Shown here: in pieces, positions 46,201 through 61,200 of the stretch
How the letters are laid out: each line of letters begins with the position of its first letter
Position numbering within the stretch: the stretch's first letter is position 1
Source of the DNA: Eledone cirrhosa
Lineage: Eukaryota
Direction: 5' to 3'
NCBI GenBank assembly: GCA_964016885.1
Contig: CAXHJY010001634.1
Coordinates: 6,001-70,000 of the forward strand
DNA: 64,000 nt
Notes under the pieces: generated by a model
What the model was told of the DNA's origin: nothing
Databases searched by the model: none
The model's input: the letters and a program-made list of their open reading frames with translations, nothing else
Made by a program: the position numbers and the translations under genes

Positions 46201-49200
46201 ACAACAACAGCGGCACCAATGTCTACAACAACAACAACAACACCGGCACCAATGTCTACAACAACAACAACAGCGGTACCAATGTCTACAACAACAACAA
46301 CAACACCGGCACCAATGTCTACAACAACAACAACAGCGGCACCAATGTCTACAACAACAACAACAACAGCGGCACCAATGTCTACAACAACAACAACAAC
46401 AACAACAGCGGCACCAATGTCTACAACAACAACAACAACACCGGCACCAATGTCTACAACAACAACAACAGCGGCACCAATGTCTACAACAACTACAACA
46501 ACAGCGGCACCAATGTCTACAACAACAACAACAACAGCGGCACCAATGTCTACAACAACAACAACAACTCCGGCACCAATGTCTACAACAACAACAGCGG
46601 CACCAATGTCTACAACAACAACAACAGCGGCACCAATGTCTACAACAACAACAACAGCGGCACCAATGTCTACAACAACAACAACACCGGCACCAATGTC
46701 TACAACAACAACAACAACACCGGCACCAATGTCTACAACAACAACAACAGCGGCACCAATGTCTACAACAACAACAACACCGGCACCAATGTCTACAACA
46801 ACAACAGTGGCACCAATGTCTACAACAACAACAACACCGGCACCAATGTCTACAACAACAACAACACCGGCACCAATGTCTACAACAACAACAACAACAG
46901 CAGCACCAATGTCTACAACAACAACAACAGCAGCACCAATGTCTACAACAACAACAACAGCGGCACCAATGTCTACAACAACAACAACAGCGGCACCAAT
47001 GTCTACAACAACAACAACAGCGGCACCAATGTCTACAACAACAACAGCGGCACCAATGTCTACAACAACAACAACAGCGGCACCAATGTCTACAACAACA
47101 ACAACAGCGGCACCAATGTCTACAACAACAACAACAGCGGCACCAATGTCTACAACAACAGCAACAACAGCGGCACCAATGTCTACAACAACAACAGCGG
47201 CACCAATGTCTACAACAACAACAATAACAGCGGCACCAATGTCTACAACAACAACAACAGCGGCACCAATGTCTACAACAACAGCAACAACAGCGGCACC
47301 AGTGTCTACAACAACAACAGCGGCACCAATGTCTACAACAACATCAACACCGGCACCAATGTCTACAACAACAACAACAGCGGCACCAATGTCTACAACA
47401 ACAACAACAGCGGCACCAATTTCTACAACAACAACAACAGCGGCACCAATGTCTACAACAACAACAACAGCGGCACCAATGTCTACAACAACAACAACAC
47501 CGGCACCAATGTCTACAACAACAACAACAGCGGCACCAATGTCTACAACAACAACAACAGCGGCACCAATGTCTACAACAACAACAACAACAGCGGCACC
47601 AATGTCTACAACAACAACAACAACAACGGCACCAATGTCTACAACAACAACAGCGGCACCAATGTCTACAACAACAACAACAGCGGCACCAATGTCTACA
47701 ACAACAGCAACAACAGCGGCACCAGTGTCTACAACAACAACAGCGGCACCAATGTCTACAACAACAACAACACCGGCACCAATGTCTACAACAACAACAA
47801 CAACAGCGGCACCAATGTCTACAACAACAACAACAGCGGCACCAATGTCTACAACAACAACAACAGCGGCACCAATGTCTACAACAACAACAACAGCGGC
47901 ACCAATGTCTACAACAACAACAACAGCGGCACCAATGTCTACAACAACAACAACACCGGCACCAATGTCTACAACAACAACAACAACAGCGGCACCAATG
48001 TCTACAACAACAACAACAGCGGCACCAATGTCTACAACAACAACAACACCGGCACCAATGTCTACAACAACAACAACAGCGGCACCAATGTCTACAACAA
48101 CAACAACAGCGGCACCAATGTCTACAACAACAACAACAGCGGCACCAATGTCTACAACAACAACAACACCGGCACCAATGTCTACAACAACAACAACAGC
48201 GGCACCAATGTCTACAACAACAACAACAGCGGCACCAATGTCTACAACAACAACAACAGCGGCACCAATGTCTACAACAACAACACCGGCACCAATGTCT
48301 ACAACAACAACAGCGGCACTAATGTCTACAACAACAACAACAACAGCGGCACCAATGTCTACAACAACAACACGGGCACCAATGTCTACAACAACAACAA
48401 CAGCGGCACCAATGTCTACAACAACAACAAAACCGGCACCAATGTCTACAACAACAACAACAGCGGCACCAATGTCTACAACAACAACAACACCGGCACC
48501 AATGTCTACAACAACAACAACAGCGGCACCAATGTCTACAACAACAACAACAGCGGCACCAATGTCTACAACAACAACAACACAGGCACCAATGTCTACA
48601 ACAACAACAACACAGGCACCAATGTCTACAACAACAACAACAACAGCGGCACCAATATCTACAACAACAACAACAGCGGCACCAATGTCTACAACAACAA
48701 CAACAACAACAGCGGCACCAATGTCTACAACAACAACAACACCGGCACCAATGTCTACAACAACAACAACAGCGGCACCAATGTCTACAACAACAACAAC
48801 AACACCGGCACCAATGTCTACAACAACAACAACAACAGCGGCACCAATGTCTACAACAACAACAACAACAGCGGCACCAATGTCTACAACAACAACAACA
48901 GCGGCACCAATGTCTACAACAACAACAACAACAGCGGCACCAATGTCTACAACAACAACAACAGCGGCACCAATGTCTACAACAACAACAACAACAGCGG
49001 CACCAATGTCTACAACAACAACAACAGCGGCACCAACGTCTACAACAACAACAACAGCGGCACCAATGTCTACAACAACAACAACAGCGGCACCAATGTC
49101 TACAACAACAACAACACCGGCACCAATGTCTACAACAACAGCAACAACAGCGGCACCAATGTCTACAACAACAACAACAACAGCGGCACCAACGTCTACA

Positions 49201-52200
49201 ACAACAACAACAGCGGCACCAATGTCTACAACAACAACAACAACACCGGCACCAATGTCTACAACAACAACAACAGCGGCACCAATGTCTACAACAACAA
49301 CAACAGCGGCACCAATGTCTACAACAACAACAACAACAACAACAGCGGCACCAATGTCTACAACAACAACAACAACAACAACAGCGGCACCAATGTCTAC
49401 AACAACAACAACAACAGCGGCACCAATGTCTACAACAACAACAATAACAGCGGCACCAATGTCTACAACAACAACAACAGCGGCACCAATGTCTACAACA
49501 ACAACAACAACACCGGCACCAATGTCTACAACAACAATAACAACAGCGGCACCAATGTCTACAACAACAACAACAACACCGGCACCAATGTCTACAACAA
49601 CAACAACAGCGGCACCAATGTCTACAACAACAACAACAGCGGCACCAATGTCTACAACAACAACAACAACAGCGGCACCAATGTCTACAACAACAACAAC
49701 AGCGGCACCAATGTCTACAACAACAACAACAACAGCGGCACCAATGTCTACAACAACAACAACAACAGCGGCACCAATGTCTACAACAACAACAACAACA
49801 GCGGCACCAATGTCTACAACAACAACAACAACAGCGGCACCAATGTCTACAACAACAACAACAACAGCGGCACCAATGTCTACAACAACAACAACAACAC
49901 CGGCACCAATGTCTACAACAACAACAACAACACCGGCACCAATGTCTACAACAACAACAACAGCGGCACCAATGTCTACAACAACAACAACAACAGCGGC
50001 ACCAATGTCTACAACAACAACAACAACAACAACAGCGGCACCAATGTCTACAACAACAACAACAACAGCGGCACCAATGTCTACAACAACAACAACAACA
50101 CCGGCACCAATGTCTACAACAACAACAAAAGCGGCACCAATGTCTACAACAACAACAACAACACCGGCACCAATGTCTACAACAACAACAACAACAGCGG
50201 CACCAATGTCTACAACAACAACAACAGCGGCACCAATGTCTACAACAACAACAACAACAGCGGCACCAATGTCTACAACAACAACAACAACAACAACAGC
50301 GGCACCAATGTCTACAACAACAACAACAACACCGGCACCAATGTCTACAACAACAACAACAACAGTGGCACCAATGTCTACAACAACAACAACAGCGGCA
50401 CCAATGTCTACAACAACAACAACAACACCGGCACCAATGTCTACAACAACAACAACAACAGCGGCACCAATGTCTACAACAACAACAACAGCGGCACCAA
50501 TGTCTACAACAACAACAACAACAGCGGCACCAATGTCTACAACAACAACAACAACAACAACAGCGGCACCAATGTCTACAACAACAACAACAACACCGGC
50601 ACCAATGTCTACAACAACAACAACAGCGGCACCAATGTCTACAACAACAACAACAACAGCGGCACCAATGTCTACAACAACAACAACAACAACAACAGCG
50701 GCACCAATGTCTACAACAACAACAACAACACCGGCACCAATGTCTACAACAACAACAACAGCGGCACCAATGTCTACAACAACAACAACAACACCGGCAC
50801 CAATGTCTACAACAACAACAACAGCGGCACCAATGTCTACAACAACAACAACAACAGCGGCACCAATGTCTACAACAACAACAACAACAACAACAGCGGC
50901 ACCAATGTCTACAACAACAACAACAACACCGGCACCAATGTCTACAACAACAACAACAGCGGCACCAATGTCTACAACAACTACAACAACAGCGGCACCA
51001 ATGTCTACAACAACAACAACAACAGCGGCACCAATGTCTACAACAACAACAACAACTCCGGCACCAATGTCTACAACAACAACAGCGGCACCAATGTCTA
51101 CAACAACAACAACAGCGGCACCAATGTCTACAACAACAACAACAGCGGCACCAATGTCTACAACAACAACAACACCGGCACCAATGTCTACAACAACAAC
51201 AACAACACCGGCACCAATGTCTACAACAACAACAACAGCGGCACCAATGTCTACAACAACAACAACACCGGCACCAATGTCTACAACAACAACAGTGGCA
51301 CCAATGTCTACAACAACAACAACACCGGCACCAATGTCTACAACAACAACAACACCGGCACCAATGTCTACAACAACAACAACAACAGCAGCACCAATGT
51401 CTACAACAACAACAACAGCAGCACCAATGTCTACAACAACAACAACAGCGGCACCAATGTCTACAACAACAACAACAGCGGCACCAATGTCTACAACAAC
51501 AACAACAGCGGCACCAATGTCTACAACAACAACAGCGGCACCAATGTCTACAACAACAACAACAGCGGCACCAATGTCTACAACAACAACAACAGCGGCA
51601 CCAATGTCTACAACAACAACAACAGCGGCACCAATGTCTACAACAACAACAACAGCGGCACCAATGTCTACAACAACAACAACAACACCGGCACCAATGT
51701 CTACAACAACAACAACAGCGGCACCAATGTCTACAACAACAACAACAACACCGGCACCAATGTCTACAACAACAACAACAGCGGCACCAATGTCTACAAC
51801 AACAGCAACAACAGCGGCACCAATGTCTACAACAACAACAGCGGCACCAATGTCTACAACAACAACAACAACACCGGCACCAATGTCTACAACAACAACA
51901 ACAGCGGCACCAATGTCTACAACAACAACAACAGCGGCACCAATGTCTACAACAACAACAACAGCGGCACCAATGTCTACAACAACAGCAACAACAGCGG
52001 CACCAATGTCTACAACAACAACAGCGGCACCAATGTCTACAACAACAACAATAACAGCGGCACCAATGTCTACAACAACAACAACAGCGGCACCAATGTC
52101 TACAACAACAGCAACAACAGCGGCACCAGTGTCTACAACAACAACAGCGGCACCAATGTCTACAACAACATCAACACCGGCACCAATGTCTACAACAACA

Positions 52201-55200
52201 ACAACAGCGGCACCAATGTCTACAACAACAACAACAGCGGCACCAATTTCTACAACAACAACAACAGCGGCACCAATGTCTACTACAACAACAACAGCGG
52301 CACCAATGTCTACAACAACAACAACACCGGCACCAATGTCTACAACAACAACAACAGCGGCACCAATGTCTACAACAACAACAACAGCGGCACCAATGTC
52401 TACAACAACAACAACAACAGCGGCACCAATGTCTACAACAACAACAACAACAACGGCACCAATGTCTACAACAACAACAGCGGCACCAATGTCTACAACA
52501 ACAACAACAGCGGCACCAATGTCTACAACAACAGCAACAACAGCGGCACCAGTGTCTACAACAACAACAGCGGCACCAATGTCTACAACAACAACAACAC
52601 CGGCACCAATGTCTACAACAACAACAACAACAGCGGCACCAATGTCTACAACAACAACAACAGCGGCACCAATGTCTACAACAACAACAACAGCGGCACC
52701 AATGTCTACAACAACAACAACAGCGGCACCAATGTCTACAACAACAACAACAGCGGCACCAATGTCTACAACAACAACAACACCGGCACCAATGTCTACA
52801 ACAACAACAACAACAGCGGCACCAATGTCTACAACAACAACAACAGCGGCACCAATGTCTACAACAACAACAACACCGGCACCAATGTCTACAACAACAA
52901 CAACAGCGGCACCAATGTCTACAACAACAACAACAGCGGCACCAATGTCTACAACAACAACAACAGCGGCACCAATGTCTACAACAACAACACCGGCACC
53001 AATGTCTACAACAACAACAGCGGCACTAATGTCTACAACAACAACAACAACAGCGGCACCAATGTCTACAACAACAACACGGGCACCAATGTCTACAACA
53101 ACAACAACAGCGGCACCAATGTCTACAACAACAACAAAACCGGCACCAATGTCTACAACAACAACAACAGCGGCACCAATGTCTACAACAACAACAACAG
53201 CGGCACCAATGTCTACAACAACAACAACAGCGGCACCAATGTCTACAACAACAACAACACAGGCACCAATGTCTACAACAACAACAACACAGGCACCAAT
53301 GTCTACAACAACAACAACAACAGCGGCACCAATGTCTACAACAACAACAACAGCGGCACCAATGTCTACAACAACAACAACAACAACAGCGGCACCAATG
53401 TCTACAACAACAACAACACCGGCACCAATGTCTACAACAACAACAACAGCGGCACCAATGTCTACAACAACAACAACAACACCGGCACCAATGTCTACAA
53501 CAACAACAACAACAGCGGCACCAATGTCTACAACAACAACAACAACAGCGGCACCAATGTCTACAACAACAACAACAGCGGCACCAATGTCTACAACAAC
53601 AACAACAACAGCGGCACCAATGTCTACAACAACAACAACAGCGGCACCAATGTCTACAACAACAACAACAACAGCGGCACCAATGTCTACAACAACAACA
53701 ACAGCGGCACCAACGTCTACAACAACAACAACAGCGGCACCAATGTCTACAACAACAACAACAGCGGCACCAATGTCTACAACAACAACAACACCGGCAC
53801 CAATGTCTACAACAACAGCAACAACAGCGGCACCAATGTCTACAACAACAACAACAACAGCGGCACCAACGTCTACAACAACAACAACAGCGGCACCAAT
53901 GTCTACAACAACAACAACAACACCGGCACCAATTTCTACAACAACAACAACAGCGGCACCAATGTCTACAACAACAACAACAGCGGCACCAATGTCTACA
54001 ACAACAACAACAGCGGCACCAATGTCTACAACAACAACAACAGCGGCACCAATGTCTACAACAACAACAACAACAGCGGCACCAATGTCTACAACAACAA
54101 CAACAACAACGGCACCAATGTCTACAACAACAACAGCGGCACCAATGTCTACAACAACAACAACAGCGGCACCAATGTCTACAACAACAGCAACAACAGC
54201 GGCACCAGTGTCTACAACAACAACAGCGGCACCAATGTCTACAACAACAACAACACCGGCACCAATGTCTACAACAACAACAACAACAGCGGCACCAATG
54301 TCTACAACAACAACAACAGCGGCACCAATGTCTACAACAACAACAACAGCGGCACCAATGTCTACAACAACAACAACAGCGGCACCAATGTCTACAACAA
54401 CAACAACAGCGGCACCAATGTCTACAACAACAACAACACCGGCACCAATGTCTACAACAACAACAACAACAGCGGCACCAATGTCTACAACAACAACAAC
54501 AGCGGCACCAATGTCTACAACAACAACAACACCGGCACCAATGTCTACAACAACAACAACAGCGGCACCAATGTCTACAACAACAACAACAGCGGCACCA
54601 ATGTCTACAACAACAACAACAGCGGCACCAATGTCTACAACAACAACACCGGCACCAATGTCTACAACAACAACAACAGCGGCACTAATGTCTACAACAA
54701 CAACAACAACAGCGGCACCAATGTCTACAACAACAACACGGGCACCAATGTCTACAACAACAACAACAGCGGCACCAATGTCTACAACAACAACAAAACC
54801 GGCACCAATGTCTACAACAACAACAACAGCGGCACCAATGTCTACAACAACAACAACACCGGCACCAATGTCTACAACAACAACAACAGCGGCACCAATG
54901 TCTACAACAACAACAACAGCGGCACCAATGTCTACAACAACAACAACACAGGCACCAATGTCTACAACAACAACAACACAGGCACCAATGTCTACAACAA
55001 CAACAACAACAGCGGCACCAATGTCTACAACAACAACAACAACAGCGGCACCAATGTCTACAACAACAACAACACCGGCACCAATGTCTACAACAACAAC
55101 AACAGCGGCACCAATGTCTACAACAACAACAACAACACCGGCACCAATGTCTACAACAACAACAACAACAGCGGCACCAATGTCTACAACAACAACAACA

Positions 55201-58200
55201 ACAGCGGCACCAATGTCTACAACAACAACAACAGCGGCACCAATGTCTACAACAACAACAACAATAGCGGCACCAATGTCTACAACAACAACAACAGCGG
55301 CACCAATGTCTACAACAACAACAACAACAGCGGCACCAATGTCTACAACAACAACAACAGCGGCACCAACGTCTACAACAACAACAACAGCGGCACCAAT
55401 GTCTACAACAACAACAACAGCTGCACCAATGTCTACAACAACAACAACACCGGCACCAATGTCTACAACAACAGCAACAACAGCGGCACCAATGTCTACA
55501 ACAACAACAACAACAGCGGCACCAACGTCTACAACAACAACAACAGCGGCACCAATGTCTACAACAACAACAACACAGGCACCAATGTCTACAACAACAA
55601 CAACAACAGCGGCACCAATGTCTACAACAACAACAACAGTGGCACCAATGTCTACAACAACAACAACAGCGGCACCAATGTCTACAACAACAACATCAGC
55701 GGCACCAATGTCTACAACAACAACATCAGCGGCACCAATGTCTACAACAACAACAACAGCGGCACCAATGTCTACAACAACAACAACACCGGCACCAATG
55801 TCTACAACAACAACATCAGCGGCACCAATGTCTACAACAACAACATCAGCGGCACCAATGTCTACAACAACAACAACAGCGGCACCAATGTCTACAACAA
55901 CAACAACACCGGCACCAATGTCTACAACAACAACATCAGCGGCACCAATGTCTACAACAACAACAACAGCGGCACCAATGTCTACAACAACAACAACACC
56001 GGCACCAATATCTACAACAACAACAACAGCGGCACCAATGTCTACAACAACAACAACAGCGGCACCAATGTCTACAACAACAACAACACCGGCACCAATG
56101 TCTACAACAACATCAGCGGCACCAATGTCTACAACAACAACAACAGCGGCACCAATGTCTACAACAACAACAACAGCGGCACCAATGTCTACAACAACAA
56201 CAACACCGGCACCAATGTCTACAACAACATCAGCGGCACCAATGTCTACAACAACAACAACACCGGCACCAATATCTACAACAACAACAACAGCGGCACC
56301 AATGTCTACAACAACAACAACAGCGGCACCAATGTCTACAACAACAACAACAACACCGGCACCAATGTCTACAACAACAACATCAGCGGCACCAATGTCT
56401 ACAACAACAACAACACCGGCACCAATGTCTACAACAACAACAACAGCGGCACCAATGTCTACAACAACAACAACACCGGCACCAATGTCTACAACAACAA
56501 CATCAGCGGCACCAATGTCTACAACAACAACAACAGCGGCACCAATGTCTACAACAACAACAACACCGGCACCAATATCTACAACAACAACAACAGCGGC
56601 ACCAATGTCTACAACAACAACAACAGCGGCACCAATGTCTACAACAACAACAACAGCGGCACCAATGTCTACAACAACAACAACACCGGCACCAATGTCT
56701 ACAACAACAACATCAGCGGCACCAATGTCTACAACAACAACAACAATAACAGCGGCACCAATGTCTACAACAACAACAACAACAGCGGCACCAATGTCTA
56801 CAACAACAACAACACCGGCACCAATATCTACAACAACAACAACAGTGGCACCAATGTCTACAACAACAACAACAGCGGCACCAATGTCTACAACAACAAC
56901 ACCGGCACCAATGTCTACAACAACAACAACAGTGGCACCAATGTCTACAACAACAACAACAGCGGCACCAATGTCTACAACAACAACAACAGCGGCACGA
57001 ATGTCTACAACAACAACAACAACTCCGGCACCAATATCTACAACAACAACAACAACAGCGGCACCAATGTCTACAACAACAACAACAGCGGCACCAATGT
57101 CTACAACAACAACAACAACAACAACACCGGCACCAATGTCTACAACAACAACAACAACAACAACACCGGCACCAATGTCTACAACAACAACAACAGCGGC
57201 ACCAATGTCTACAACAACAACAACAACAACAACACCGGCACCAATGTCTACAACAACAACAACAACAGCGGCACCAATGTCTACAACAACAACAACAGCG
57301 GCACCAATGTCTACAACAACAACAACAACAGCGGCACCAATGTCTACAACAACAACAACAACAGCGGCACCAATGTCTACAACAACAACAACAACAGCGG
57401 CACCAATGTCTACAACAACAACAACAACAGTGGCACCAATGTCTACAACAACAGCAACAACAGCGGCACCAATGTCTACAACAACAACAACAACACCGGC
57501 ACCAATGTCTACAACAACAACAACAACACCGGCACCAATGTCTACAACAACAGCAACAACAGCGGCACCAATGTCTACAACAACAACAACAACACCGGCA
57601 CCAATGTCTACAACAACAGCAACAACAGCGGCACCAATGTCTACAACAACAACAACAACACCGGCACCAATGTCTACAACAACAACAACAACAGCGGCAC
57701 CAATGTCTACAACAACAACAACAACACCGGCACCAATGTCTACAACAACAACAACACCGGCACCAATGTCTACAACAACAACAACAACAGCGGCACCAAT
57801 GTCTACAACAACAACAACAACACCGGCACCAATGTCTACAACAACAACAACAACACCGGCACCAATGTCTACAACAACAACAACAACAGCGGCACCAATG
57901 TCTACAACAACAACAACAACACCGGCACCAATGTCTACAACAACAACAACACCGGCACCAATGTCTACAACAACAACAACAACACCGGCACCAATGTCTA
58001 CAACAACAACAACAACACCGGCACCAATGTCTACAACAACAACAACAACAGCGGCACCAATGTCTACAACAACAACAACAACAGCGGCACCAATGTCTAC
58101 AACAACAACAACAACAGCGGCACCAATGTCTACAACAACAACAACAACAGCGGCACCAATGTCTACAACAACAACAACAACAGCGGCACCAATGTCTACA

Positions 58201-61200
58201 ACAACAACAACAACAGCGGCACCAATGTCTACAACAACAACAACAACAGCGGCACCAATGTCTACAACAACAACAACAACAGCGGCACCAATGTCTACAA
58301 CAACAACAACAACACCGGCACCAATGTCTACAACAACAACAACAACAGCGGCACCAATGTCTACAACAACAACAACAACAGCGGCACCAATGTCTACAAC
58401 AACAACAACAACAACAACAGCGGCACCAATGTCTACAACAACAACAACAACAGCGGCACCAATGTCTACAACAACAACAACAACAGCGGCACCAATGTCT
58501 ACAACAACAACAACAGCGGCACCAATGTCTACAACAACAACAACAACACCGGCACCAATGTCTACAACAACAATAACAACAGCGGCACCAATGTCTACAA
58601 CAACAACAACAACACCGGCACCAATGTCTACAACAACAACAACAGCGGCACCAATGTCTACAACAACAACAACAACAGCTGCACCAATGTCTACAACAAC
58701 AACAACAACAACAGCGGCACCAATGTCTACAACAACAACAACAACAGCGGCACCAATGTCTACAACAACAACAACAACAGCGGCACCAATGTCTACAACA
58801 ACAACAACAACACCGGCACCAATGTCTACAACAACAACAACAGCGGCACCAATGTCTACAACAACAACAACAACAGCGGCACCAATGTCTACAACAACAA
58901 CAACAACAACAACAGCGGCACCAATGTCTACAACAACAACAACAACAGCGGCACCAATGTCTACAACAACAACAACAACAGCGGCACCAATGTCTACAAC
59001 AACAACAACAACACCGGCACCAATGTCTACAACAACAACAACAACAGCGGCACCAATGTCTACAACAACAACAACAGCGGCACCAATGTCTACAACAACA
59101 ACAACAGCGGCACCAATGTCTACAACAACAACAACAACAGCGGCACCAATGTCTACAACAACAACAACAGCGGCACCAATGTCTACAACAACAACAACAA
59201 CAGCGGCACCAATGTCTACAACAACAACAACAGCGGCACCAATGTCTACAACAACAACAACAGCGGCACCATTGTCTACAACAACAACAACAACAGCGGC
59301 ACCAATGTCTACAACAACAACAACAGCGGCACCAATGTCTACAACAACAACAACAGCGGCACCAATGTCTACAACAACAACAACAACACCGGCACCAATG
59401 TCTACAACAACAACAACAACAGCGGCACCAATGTCTACAACAACAACAACAGCGGCACCAATGTCTACAACAACAACAACAACAGCGGCACCAATGTCTA
59501 CAACAACAACAACAACAGCGGCACCAATGTCTACAACAACAACAACAGCGGCACCAATGTCTACAACAACAACAACAACAGCGGCACCAATGTCTACAAC
59601 AACAACAACAACAGCGGCACCAATGTCTACAACAACAACAACAGCGGCACCAATGTCTACAACAACAACAACAACAGCGGCACCAATGTCTACAACAACA
59701 ACAACAACAGCGGCACCAATGTCTACAACAACAACAACAACAGCGACACCAATGTCTACAACAACAACAACAACAGCGGCACCAGTGTCTACAACAACAA
59801 CAACAACACCGGCACCAATGTCTACAACAACAACAGCGGCACCAATGTCTACAACAACAGCAACAACAGCGGCACCAAAGTCTACAACAACAACAACAGC
59901 GGCACCAATGTCTACAACAACAACAACAACAGCGGCACCAATGTCTACAACAACAACAACAACAACAACAGCGGCACCAATGTCTACAACAACAACAACA
60001 GCGGCACCAATGTCTACAACAACAACAACAACAGCGGCACCAATGTCTACAACAACAACAACAACAACAACAACAGCGGCACCAATGTCTACAACAACAA
60101 CAACAACAGCGGCACCAATGTCTACAACAACAACAACAACAGCGGCACCAATGTCTACAACAACAACAACAACAGCGGCACCAATGTCTACAACAACAAC
60201 AACAACAGCGGCACCAATGTCTACAACAACAACAACAGCGGCACCAATGTCTACAACAACAACAACAACAGCGGCACCAATGTCTACAACAACAACAACG
60301 GCACCAACGTCTACAACAACAACAGCGGCACCAGTGTCTACAACAACAACAGCGGCACCAATGTCTACAACAACAACAACAGCGGCACCAACGTCTACAA
60401 CAACAACAGCGGCACCAGTGTCTACAACAACAACAGCGGCACCAATGTCTACAACAACAACAACAACAGCGGCACCAATGTCTACAACAACAACAACAAC
60501 AACAGCGGCACCAATGTCTACAACAACAACAACAGCGGCACCAATGTCTACAACAACAACAGCGGCACCAATGTCTACAACAACAACAACAACAACAGCG
60601 GCACCAATGTCTACAACAACAACAACAGCGGCACCAATGTCTACAACAACAACAACAGCGGCACCAATGTCTACAACAACAACAACAGCGGCACCAATGT
60701 CTACAACAACAACAACAGCGGCACCAATGTCTACAACAACAACAACACCGGCACCAATGTCTACAACAACAACAACAGCGGCACCAATGTCTACAACAAC
60801 AACAACAGCGGCACCAATGTCTACAACAACAACAACACCGGCACCAATGTCTACAACAACAACAACAGCGGCACCAATGTCTACAACAACAACAACAGCG
60901 GCACCAATGTCTACAACAACAACAACACCGGCACCAATGTCTACAACAGCAACAACACCGGCACCAATGTCTACAACAACAACAACAGCGGCACCAATGT
61001 CTACAACAACAACAACAACAGCGGCACCAATGTCTACAACAACAACAACAACAGCGGCACCAATGTCTACAACAACAACAACAACAGCGGCACCAATATC
61101 TACAACAACAACAACAGCGGCACTAATGTCTACAACAACAGCGGCACCAATGTCTACAACAACAACAACAGCGGCACCAATGTCTACAACAACAACAACA